This document shows, piece by piece, positions 41,638 through 50,247 of a stretch of DNA of 64,000 bases; position 1 is the first letter of the stretch; each line of letters starts with the position of its first letter. Below the pieces are notes generated by a model. The model saw only the letters and a list, made by a program, of their open reading frames with translations, had not been told where the DNA came from and did no database searches. Both the position numbers and the translations under genes were made by a program. Source of the DNA: Nitrosarchaeum sp. (GTDB taxonomy: Archaea > Thermoproteota > Nitrososphaeria > Nitrososphaerales > Nitrosopumilaceae); the NCBI GenBank assembly GCA_965223865.1, contig OZ245020.1, positions 1,184,001 through 1,248,000 of the forward strand, written 5' to 3'.

Positions 41638-43029
41638 TCAATTAACATCTGAATTGATTTTCTCTTTTATCATCCAAATTGTTTTTCCTTTATGATCAAT
41701 TAATTCGATGCTCATCTTATTTAGCTCGTCTCTAATTTTATCCGCCTCTTGGAATTGTTTTTGTTTTCTGAATTCTTCTCTGTCTTGAATCATCTTGTCA
41801 ATTTTCTCTTTTTGCTCTGCAGTAATCTTTGGTATTTTCAATCCCAAAATATCTAACATTCTTTCAAATTCTTTTTTAATAATCTGGGCATCATCTTTTC
41901 CAAGCTTGTCTTCAGCTGCAAGTCTGTTTGCTTCTTTTACAAGTGTAAAAAATGCAGATAATGCAAGATGAGTATTAAAGTCATCTTCTAAGGCATGATC
42001 AAAATCTTTAGAAATTTTTTCAACTTCCTTTCGAATTCCAATATTTTGATTATTGCTGGCATGAATTAATTCAAAATAACATGTTTCTGCTTGTCTCCAT
42101 TTGATCAGATTTTCTTTTAAGAGTTCTTCAGAGTAATCTATCGGTTTTGAATAATGTCCTGATAGGCAAAACAATCTGATGATATTTGCGCCCCAATTAT
42201 TCAAGACATGTTTTATTGATTTGATATTGCCTAGTGATTTTGACATTTTTTCACCATTAATAGTCACCATTCCTACATGCATCCAAATTTTTGCAAATTG
42301 TTGTGAGGTAAAAGACTCAGATTGTGCAATTTCATTTTCGTGGTGAGGAAAAATTAAATCTCGTCCACCTCCATGAATATCAAAATTTTCTCCAAGATAC
42401 TTTACACTCATAGCAGAGCACTCAATATGCCAGCCAGGTCTGCCTTTACCCCATGGACTATCCCATAAGGGATCAATATCTGAGAATTTCCAGAGTGCAA
42501 AATCTAATGGGTCTTTTTTTGCTTCATCTATCTCTATTCGTACTCCTGATTGTAGCTCTTCTGTCTTCTTTTTTGAAAGTTTTCCATATTCAGGAAATTT
42601 TGAAACTGAAAAATAAACTCCATTTTTAGAAACATAGGCAATATTTTTTTCAATTAATTTTTCAATAAATTCTTGAATGTCTTTAATGTGCTCTGTTGCC
42701 TTTGGATAGTTTGTTGCTCTTTTTACATTAAGAGCATCAAAATCTGAAAAATAATTATTGATATATCGTGAGCTAATCTCTTGAGCAGTAACATTTTCAG
42801 ATTTTGCCCGATTTATGATTTTGTCATCAACGTCGGTAAAATTTTGAATAAATTCTACTTTGATTCCTTTTTCTTCAAGATATTTTCTTAAAACATCAAA
42901 AACAATAATTGTTCTAGCGTGGCCAATGTGAGATTCATCATAAACTGTTACTCCGCATAAGTAAATTCTTACTTTTTCTGAAATATCTAATTCTTGTTCA
43001 GAACTACTTAGCGTATCTTGTAATTTCAT
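41638..43029 (-). CDS. cysS: Cysteine--tRNA ligase
   Basis: CGVTVYD..HIGH, PGWHIECS, FPHHENE, KMSKS. Confidence 0.98.
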   Translation of the reverse strand: MKLQDTLSSSEQELDISEKVRIYLCGVTVYDESHIGHARTIIVFDVLRKYLEEKGIKVEFIQNFTDVDDKIINRAKSENVTAQEISSRYINNYFSDFDALNVKRATNYPKATEHIKDIQEFIEKLIEKNIAYVSKNGVYFSVSKFPEYGKLSKKKTEELQSGVRIEIDEAKKDPLDFALWKFSDIDPLWDSPWGKGRPGWHIECSAMSVKYLGENFDIHGGGRDLIFPHHENEIAQSESFTSQQFAKIWMHVGMVTINGEKMSKSLGNIKSIKHVLNNWGANIIRLFCLSGHYSKPIDYSEELLKENLIKWRQAETCYFELIHASNNQNIGIRKEVEKISKDFDHALEDDFNTHLALSAFFTLVKEANRLAAEDKLGKDDAQIIKKEFERMLDILGLKIPKITAEQKEKIDKMIQDREEFRKQKQFQEADKIRDELNKMSIELIDHKGKTIWMIKEKINSDVN

Positions 43030-43031
43030 TA

Positions 43032-43823
43032 TTAATCATCAAAAGGTTTAGGTTGAGGCAGTCTTTTGTGTTGGCTGTTAATATACAATTGGTGTACTTT
43101 TTCAACAATTTCTATTCCAATATCTGTTAATTTTGTTGTTTCCTCTATTGAGAGTTTTTTTTCAAAAATACAATACAGAACAGAGTCAATTTCCTCATAT
43201 GATGCTCCAATCTCTTTTTCTGCTCCATGTTCTTTCCACAAGTGAGGACTGCTCTTTTTATCAATAACATTTTGTGGAACTCCTAAAAATTTAGCAATCT
43301 CTCTTACCTGCAATTTGTATAATGATATTATGGGAACCAAATCCGATGCTCCATCTCCATATTTTGTAAAATAGCCAATTAGATACTCGCTTTTATCGCT
43401 AGATCCTAAAACAAGATAGTTTTTTGCATTTGCATAATAATATTGAATATCTGCTCTAATACGCGCACGAAGATTGCCTTTTGCCCAATCATTTGGTTCA
43501 ACATATTTTGAGTACTCATCAACAATTGGTTTAATGTCAAGCAATTTGTATTCTATTCCTGTAAGTGCAATCATTTTGAGCGCATCTTCAGTTTCAATTT
43601 TTGGTGTGATTTCAGTATCAGGCATGATTATTGCCAGGGTTTTGTCCTTGATGACTCTCTTACACAAGTAGGCCAGTACCGCCGAGTCTACTCCTCCACT
43701 TAGACCCAAAACCACTCCTTTTGCATTACTTTTGTTGATATTTTCTAAAAGAAATTTTTCTATGGTTTCAGTTATTGATGCATAATCTTGATTTTTTATC
43801 TCATCAATAATTTTTTGGTTCAA
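43032..43823 (-). CDS. nadE: NH3-dependent NAD+ synthetase
   Basis: GLSGGVDS, GNLRARIR, GYFTKYGDG, HKR; probable TTG start at 43823. Confidence 0.96.
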   Translation of the reverse strand: MNQKIIDEIKNQDYASITETIEKFLLENINKSNAKGVVLGLSGGVDSAVLAYLCKRVIKDKTLAIIMPDTEITPKIETEDALKMIALTGIEYKLLDIKPIVDEYSKYVEPNDWAKGNLRARIRADIQYYYANAKNYLVLGSSDKSEYLIGYFTKYGDGASDLVPIISLYKLQVREIAKFLGVPQNVIDKKSSPHLWKEHGAEKEIGASYEEIDSVLYCIFEKKLSIEETTKLTDIGIEIVEKVHQLYINSQHKRLPQPKPFDD

Positions 43824-43977
43824 CAATTCTTTTTCAAAAATGATTAGAATAAATATTGTGCTCACAATTCTTTGAAATAGTTCTATTTCTGAATCATTTC
43901 TCATAAGAATTTCTAAGAAAAATACTCCAAAATTTTTGGAGTTGGGACAAATATGTTCCTTAACATCTATTTAGAAC

Positions 43978-44233
43978 TTAGACTAAATTTTTTCTATCAG
44001 TCATCGATTTTTTTATCTCTTTTTTGATCTTTTCTACGTTATTTTGCCAAATACCTACCATTTTATTGTGATATGAGATTTTTTCTTTAACTTTGTTTTT
44101 TTCATTATCTGCTATTTCTTGTATACTTTGTTCGAGTTGTTTTTTCATATCTAAATGAAATTTTATTTTAGATAATGATTCTTGTAATTTTTTTTCTTGA
44201 TATTGCTTTATCCTTTTTTTTTAAAAAATCCAA
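43978..44233 (-). pseudogene. Frameshifted about 84-aa coiled-coil ORF
   Basis: TTG GAT TTT TTA...; removing one base of the T9 run at 44214-44222 gives MDFLKKRIKQYQEKKLQESLSK...WQNNVEKIKK. Confidence 0.55.
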
Positions 44234-44288
44234 ACTCTAAATTTAATTAAATCTGAATTAAATTAGTTTTTCGTCATTTATTGAAAAA

Positions 44289-44486
44289 TTAATTTGGTAA
44301 CTTGTTGGTGAGCCCTAAATCTCTAAATCCTTTTTCAATCCACCGTTTGATTCCTTGTGATTCCAAGTATTTTTTTGAATCCTTAACAAAAATTACATCT
44401 GAATAATTTTCTCCACACAAAGGACAAATGCCATACCTAAAAGGATAATAATTTTGATTGCATCTCTTACATTTTTTGTTATTCAT
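44289..44486 (-). CDS. Small zinc-ribbon protein
   Basis: CKRC...CPLCG. Confidence 0.6.
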   Translation of the reverse strand: MNNKKCKRCNQNYYPFRYGICPLCGENYSDVIFVKDSKKYLESQGIKRWIEKGFRDLGLTNKLPN

Positions 44487-44851
44487 AAATAAAGAAATAT
44501 TCTAGTTATATTTAGGATTCATGTTATCATTGTTAACTCAGTTAATATAGAAAATATTAGAACTAAATCGTAATTTGTTTTTGAGTGAGAAAAGTATTGA
44601 GAGATGTTATCTTATATTGACACACCTTCAAGAGATTGAAGGTAACTCAAATGGAAGAAAAGAAAAAGTTAGAAAGTTTATGATTATCTGCTATTAGGAA
44701 AAACCTTGAATTCTGATTATTACCTCATTTTCAACTAGAACAAAATATGATAATTTTTATCGGATTTGAAACTGATAATTTGTAACTAGTGGGATTTTGA
44801 CACGATATTATTGCTAATGAGGGCTGAATAATTATGAATGGAATTGTCAAG

Positions 44852-44925
44852 TGCCAGGGGCGGGATTTGAACGCGCGACAGCCCGGTCTTCAGCCGAGTG
44901 CTCTCCCAGGCTGAGCTACCCTGGC
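44852..44925 (-). tRNA. tRNA-Phe (GAA), intronless, CCA not encoded
   Basis: GCCAGGG/CCCTGGC acceptor stem, D arm, CTCGG-CTGAAGA-CCGGG anticodon arm, TTCAAAT loop; TATA-like sequence about 28 nt upstream. Confidence 0.96.
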
Positions 44926-45142
44926 ACAACGAATTTTTGATATGATTGGGAAATAAAAGTTGTCAATAACACATCTTCAAATTTGAAGCTAGGTTTTTCT
45001 ATCGTAATTGACCCTTTGTTACACCTATAGGTCACGCACAGAATTGTCTAGTTTACGATATTTTTTGGAATTTTACGAGAAAATCATTCGTCAGAGTGGG
45101 CCGTTTAATATGCTGCATTGATCTTTTTTGCATAGTTTGAGC

Positions 45143-45256
45143 ATGACTGTAAGTGATTTTTTCACCAGAAACACACGTAAGATTCTGAAAGTGGTTATGA
45201 TCTTGACGATAGTGCAGATTGTAGTGGTTACAATTTACTTGATGTTCAAGGGATAA
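45143..45256 (+). CDS. 37-aa single-TM microprotein
   Basis: MTVSDFFTRNTRKILKVVMILTIVQIVVVTIYLMFKG; TTTAATA about 35 nt upstream. Confidence 0.55.
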   Translation: MTVSDFFTRNTRKILKVVMILTIVQIVVVTIYLMFKG

Positions 45257-45324
45257 TTCAAAAACGCAATGTATGTTCGGGCGATATTCTGAAAATAGTT
45301 ATTTTCTACTATCTTAAATCATCT

Positions 45325-45603
45325 GTGGCAAGAAAGGCAAGGAATGGGAAGTATGCAGAGTATGGAAGAAGAATCTTAATCATATTACAAATACAAAGAA
45401 AGTTTATCGTAGTGAGTAAAATACGCCTTAAAACAAAAATACCAAGGTCCTCACTTTATGATGTTCTAGGCACATTACGTATTAGTAAGTATATTGATTG
45501 GGTTGGGGAACCACAGGATTTGATAAGTATGATACAAATAACTCCGACCGGCAGGAACTATCTAAATCAAGTTGGACACCAGTCCGAGTTAATTCATTTT
45601 TAA
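45325..45603 (+). CDS. Winged-helix DNA-binding protein
   Basis: IPRSSLYDVL..L...YI...IQITPTG. Confidence 0.65.
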   Translation: MARKARNGKYAEYGRRILIILQIQRKFIVVSKIRLKTKIPRSSLYDVLGTLRISKYIDWVGEPQDLISMIQITPTGRNYLNQVGHQSELIHF

Positions 45604-45709
45604 AAAATCATAACAAGCACTATCTGCCAGACTTGCTCCAAAACCGATACCTGCACTGGCGATGTATTCTATGAACAATATGCTGTTTACGCCAAACTAT
45701 AATAAAAAA

Positions 45710-45865
45710 TTACATTACTTGTGAAAAGTCAGGCTTCTCAAAATCTGGCATTTCTTTTCCTTTTTTTGTTTTGTTTTTTGCCTTTCTTTTTTCATGAGTT
45801 CTGAGATGTATATTTAGACGCTTTTCTTCAACAAACTTTAATCCACATATAGAACACTGAAACAT
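45710..45865 (-). CDS. 51-aa C2H2 zinc-finger microprotein
   Basis: MFQCSICGLKFVEEKRLNIHLRTHEKRKAK...; canonical F-x-C-x2-C-x3-F-x5-L-x2-H-x3-H. Confidence 0.8.
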   Translation of the reverse strand: MFQCSICGLKFVEEKRLNIHLRTHEKRKAKNKTKKGKEMPDFEKPDFSQVM

Positions 45866-45993
45866 ATTGAATATTTCATAAAGTCATACTTTAGTATTGA
45901 TATGGATGACATTTTTTTCAATCGGCCGATCTTGTATACTTAACTCTTAATCAATTATTTCTCTTTAAATTTATCAAATACCTAATTTTCAAA

Positions 45994-46092
45994 TTGGCCT
46001 TAAGAAAATGTGTTCATTGTGGTCGAGAATATGAGGATGTGTTTGATAAAAGATTTTGTTCCACAGAATGTGCCGTTGAACTTTCATCATAA
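45994..46092 (+). CDS. 32-aa treble-clef (FCS/TRASH-like) zinc-finger microprotein
   Basis: TTG start: MALRKCVHCGREYEDVFDKRFCSTECAVELSS; TTTAAA about 25 nt upstream. Confidence 0.7.
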   Translation: MALRKCVHCGREYEDVFDKRFCSTECAVELSS

Positions 46093-46341
46093 ACAAAGTC
46101 GATATCGGCAGAAATATTTTTTATTTTTTTTTCACACCATAATCCAAATTGATTGAAAAACATTTGAAATGAAATTACCTCCCAACCAACACAGGAAATA
46201 TGTCATTGTCATGACCTTTTTCCTGAGAGTCGGAAAAATCAGTTTTCCTTGGCCATTACGTACGGTTAGGCCTGAGTTCTGAAAACTCAGTATACCTATT
46301 ACGAACTGAGTATTTAAGATTCATTCCAAGTTTAGCGGATT

Positions 46342-46464
46342 TCAACTATGGAAAATTCTTTCTTCCAATATGCCATTTTCCAGACGTTTCCAATCATTGT
46401 TTTCTGTGAGCTGTCTGTCTAGTTCTAAATCAAATGCAATCTCTTCTAGATCTTCCTTACTCAT
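46342..46464 (-). CDS. 40-aa acidic microprotein
   Basis: MSKEDLEEIAFDLELDRQLTENNDWKRLENGILEERIFHS; TTTATT about 25 nt upstream. Confidence 0.55.
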   Translation of the reverse strand: MSKEDLEEIAFDLELDRQLTENNDWKRLENGILEERIFHS

Positions 46465-46944
46465 GGTAACACTAGGTAATAATCGAGAATAAATGGCAGG
46501 AATGCAATGCAATCAGATATCTTTCATCTCTGATAATCAAAACTGTTCTTATATCAGATTGTGACGTAGTGGTAAATCTAGGACAGTGGTCTTCGTGAAT
46601 ATCCATTTATCGGTAACTGCATCTGCTTTAACTACCACTGTCTAACTTTAAATCAAGAAAATGCAACGGTGCTACACATGACTCATCTAGGAATGTCTAT
46701 GGTCTGGGAAACGATAAACAACAGCACGATTACATGATTCTATAATTACAATTTTGCATATAACGAATACTGACATTTCAGAAAAAACACGAAACATAAT
46801 CAAACAACCAAATATCATCTGAACTACCGTCTTTGAATCTTTATTGGATAGTAAATGATGTTCGGAAACCAGTACATTGCTCCGATTGAAAACCATCTTG
46901 CTGGAGGATGGTTACAGAAGCTACTGTTCTAACTGAATATCGTT

Positions 46945-47067
46945 TTATTCTTCAACCAGCATTGACATTAGCTTGTTACAGTTTGGACATACTAAATTTG
47001 GGACTGGGTTGTCAATCACGACGGTATAATCACATTCTTCACATCTCATTACCTTGATTCCTAACAT
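46945..47067 (-). CDS. 40-aa zinc-ribbon/rubredoxin-like microprotein
   Basis: MLGIKVMRCEECDYTVVIDNPVPNLVCPNCNKLMSMLVEE. Confidence 0.72.
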   Translation of the reverse strand: MLGIKVMRCEECDYTVVIDNPVPNLVCPNCNKLMSMLVEE

Positions 47068-47198
47068 GTAATTACTATACATTGATGAAATAAGAAACGA
47101 TTGATACAAAAACTAAACAAATGTTTGTGAATTATATTAAATCTGTAAATAATTTGACACCCAAATTAAATCATGTATCAAAAAAAGCACAGGGAAAA

Positions 47199-47297
47199 AT
47201 GGCATTCAAAAGAACTGATGAAATTCCTACTAGTTATTGGTTGTCTATTCTTAGCCTAACTGCAATGACCTATGTATCTATCATTCTATTTGGTTAG
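47199..47297 (+). CDS. 32-aa single-TM microprotein (in-frame ATG also at 47121)
   Basis: MAFKRTDEIPTSYWLSILSLTAMTYVSIILFG. Confidence 0.5.
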   Translation: MAFKRTDEIPTSYWLSILSLTAMTYVSIILFG

Positions 47298-47406
47298 TTG
47301 GCACCTCAACATCTTTTACATTAACCAAAAAATCATTAAGGACAGACAAAGAAAACCATTGCTGCAGATTCAACATAAATCTGTTGTAAGACCATATTTC
47401 ATACAT

Positions 47407-48228
47407 CTAATTTGTAATTTCATCAGATAATAAAACATTGCAAATATCCCAAGGAGTTACAAGACAATCTTTGTACATAATACATGGATGTGCCATTTCA
47501 TACATTTTAATTGATAATTCATTTATTTTCAAATTGTCTGACAAAACTTTAACTTCTTCTAGTTCTACAATATCCACTGCTTCATGCAGAAAGTCATTAG
47601 TTCCTGTTAAATACTTCATTTTCTCAGTAATTGCTTGAATTATCAGTCTGTCACTGAGATATTTGTTGGTGCCTTCAAGCAATATTTTTCTTGCTTTGTT
47701 ATCAAACATTGAATTAATTACTTGACCAAAAGAATCTGATTTTTTGAATGTAACTAGTTTCTTTTTTGGTATGTCTTCAATTGTAAGATCTGTTTTACAG
47801 CTTTTACCAATCTCTAGAATCTTCTGTGCAGAAATTGCAGAATAAAACCCCCATTCGTTAGGAATAATTGCGTAGGCTCTCCCTCTTTCTTTCCAAAAAT
47901 TCATTAAATCTTTGTACTTTGTATTATTTGAAACAATAACCGGACTTGGTTCCATAATGTCATCTACTTTAGTCCCATAGAACAAACTTGAAGTTGGATT
48001 TTTTAGAAGATTTGTCATTATTTCTTTTCCTCCGATAGTGCCAATCGGAGTTTCATTCTCATCTCTAACAATGATTGAATCAGTTATTGATTCCAAATAT
48101 TGTACTAGCATTCCAGCAATGACCCAAACTTTTTTTCCTTTATCAATATGGATACATAACGTCCACGTTAATCTTTCTGTAAGTAATTCTTCTAGAGTTT
48201 TCTCCGATATAGGAATAGTTTGTGACAC
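47407..48228 (-). CDS. CBS-domain protein (tandem Bateman-like)
   Basis: IVRDENETPIGTIG...KVDDIM and further degenerate CBS repeats ending VTPWDI. Confidence 0.78.
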   Translation of the reverse strand: MSQTIPISEKTLEELLTERLTWTLCIHIDKGKKVWVIAGMLVQYLESITDSIIVRDENETPIGTIGGKEIMTNLLKNPTSSLFYGTKVDDIMEPSPVIVSNNTKYKDLMNFWKERGRAYAIIPNEWGFYSAISAQKILEIGKSCKTDLTIEDIPKKKLVTFKKSDSFGQVINSMFDNKARKILLEGTNKYLSDRLIIQAITEKMKYLTGTNDFLHEAVDIVELEEVKVLSDNLKINELSIKMYEMAHPCIMYKDCLVTPWDICNVLLSDEITN

Positions 48229-48494
48229 ACTCTACTATTGATTTTGCAGGATAAATCAACAAACAACAATTACCAAATGTGAGAAACAGGATACTTGGCT
48301 TATCTGTCATCCATTTTTAATCTCAAATAATGTAATCCTAAAGTTGAACAAATTAATTCTCCATGAAAATCTGTTTCAGTGACCAATACTAGGCAAACAT
48401 GTTTTGGCTTGTAAGGTATTGATTCTTTAATCTTATTTCTCTTTTCCAATCAAAATTAAGTCATAGTTAAATCAAATGATGTGGTATATACAAC

Positions 48495-48665
48495 ATGGCA
48501 AGTCTAAAATGTGAAGACTATGGCTTTGAATGTGATTTTATAGCAGAAGGCGAGATTGAAGAAGTTCTTGAAAACTTTGGAAAGCACACTGAGGAAGAAC
48601 ACGGAATAGATTATTCAAAAGAGGCTTTAATGCAGTTTATTTTAAGACGACAAGGAATACTCTAA
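48495..48665 (+). CDS. DUF1059-like small metal-binding protein
   Basis: MASLKCEDYGFECDFIAEG...H...EHG; not in the ORF track. Confidence 0.82.
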   Translation: MASLKCEDYGFECDFIAEGEIEEVLENFGKHTEEEHGIDYSKEALMQFILRRQGIL

Positions 48666-48796
48666 CTGAAGATCTAAGAATTGGATGTATATCTTCACAG
48701 CTAGTGATCTTGTTGTTTTCAAGTTATGCTTTATCATAAGAACCAAATTTGAACAAATTATAGAATTGTTGAATTAATTTTATTGAGCGCATTTTT

Positions 48797-49036
48797 CTAA
48801 TATTGCATTTCAACATTCATTAAAGTTACCGTAGAACGAATGTTCTTAATTCTTCTTATCTTTAATGCAATTTCTTGTCTTAATTCTTCAAATCTTTCAC
48901 ATTCTAAATCCACAACAATGTCATATGCTCCAAACACGCCATATGCTTTTTTTACACAATTAACCTTCTCCAAATCTGAAATGACTTGTTGTTCAGAGCC
49001 TAATTCACAATTTATTAGAATAAGTGCTTTGGTCAT
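48797..49036 (-). CDS. Lrp/AsnC ligand-binding (RAM) domain protein
   Basis: ALILINCELGSE...VFGAYDIV...IRRI..IRST.TL. Confidence 0.9.
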   Translation of the reverse strand: MTKALILINCELGSEQQVISDLEKVNCVKKAYGVFGAYDIVVDLECERFEELRQEIALKIRRIKNIRSTVTLMNVEMQY

Positions 49037-49286
49037 ATCTTCCCTATATTTATTCTCTGATGTAATGCCTGATGATGGCTTTTTTCAAGTCACATATAAT
49101 CAAACTAATTTTTTTTGTACGTGATCCAACCCTTAAACTCATTTTCATGTCATAATTATGTGAAAATCATATTTTAGTGAATTTTTGAAAGTTATCGATA
49201 GATTTCAATTAATTTTGGTTTTAATTAAACAGATTTTTATAATTTCTGTTTTTATCTTTAATTTTTAGTTTGACCTAGTTTAACAT

Positions 49287-49919
49287 ATGACGGAAGATTA
49301 CAGTACTCAAATTACAGATCAGGGGATGTCTACAAACTATGTGGTTGTATTTTCTGGTCACACAGAAAATTACTGTATAGGAATGGTTGACATGGTAAAC
49401 TCCACAAAGATGGCAGCAACATTAGGCGGTTCGAAAATGTCCTTCTATTATCAAATCTTTCTAAATTCCATGTCTAGAATTTTGAGTAGGTTTGGAGGGT
49501 TTGTAATTAAGAATATTGGAGATAGTCTACTATATTATTTCCCAGAATCCTCAAAGACAAATAGAAAATTTGGATTGATGAGTTGCCTTGAGTGTAGCTT
49601 GACTATGGCCGAACAACGAAGTGCCATTTGCAAAGTGTTAAACCAAAACAACTTGCCTGACGTAGACTATCGTATAAGTGCAGACTATGGGTCTGTATTT
49701 TTGATGAAAACAAACAATCCTGATTCTTTTGATATGCTTGGACCACCTGTGAATATGTGCACCAAGATAAATCCTGTTGCTAAAGCCAATAGCGTGGTCA
49801 TAGGTGGTGATTTGTATACTGTTGTCAAACATTTTGATGATTATGTCTTTAGTGAAATCAAAGGATTTTCACTTGGCTTCAAACATTTGTACCCTATTTA
49901 CACTCTACATAGGAAGTGA
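49287..49919 (+). CDS. Class III nucleotide cyclase, stand-alone catalytic domain
   Basis: MVDMVNST, KNIGDSLL, RISADYG, DMLGPPVN...K. Confidence 0.9.
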   Translation: MTEDYSTQITDQGMSTNYVVVFSGHTENYCIGMVDMVNSTKMAATLGGSKMSFYYQIFLNSMSRILSRFGGFVIKNIGDSLLYYFPESSKTNRKFGLMSCLECSLTMAEQRSAICKVLNQNNLPDVDYRISADYGSVFLMKTNNPDSFDMLGPPVNMCTKINPVAKANSVVIGGDLYTVVKHFDDYVFSEIKGFSLGFKHLYPIYTLHRK

Positions 49920-49923
49920 TTGT

Positions 49924-50112
49924 TTGTCAAAAAAATCAAGAAAAAAACATAACAGTACATCGGACAAAATTATAGATGATTCTTTTGATCCTTCGTATTC
50001 TAATGATCTTAAAGAACATCTAAGTGCTGTAAATATGGAACCTTGGTTTTACATTTATGAAAAATACGTTAGAAACAAACCAAAAGATAACAAATCAAAA
50101 CCCACAGCATAA
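49924..50112 (+). CDS. Small hypothetical protein
   Basis: TTG start 5 nt after the cyclase stop; MSKKSRKK...EPWFYIYEKY. Confidence 0.5.
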   Translation: MSKKSRKKHNSTSDKIIDDSFDPSYSNDLKEHLSAVNMEPWFYIYEKYVRNKPKDNKSKPTA

Positions 50113-50247
50113 ACAAATTTCTTTTTTTATTGAATGTTATATGCCCCCTCAAAAAGTTTCAGTCATTTTATGATCTATTTTTCTAATTACTATCACATTC
50201 CAAAAAACTCAGAAGAGCATTCTTTGGATTTTCCTGTGTGGGTTCAT

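Noticed and set aside
46687-46896. 69-aa minus-strand ORF from the track
   Set aside because: No motif, atypical composition and no clear promoter
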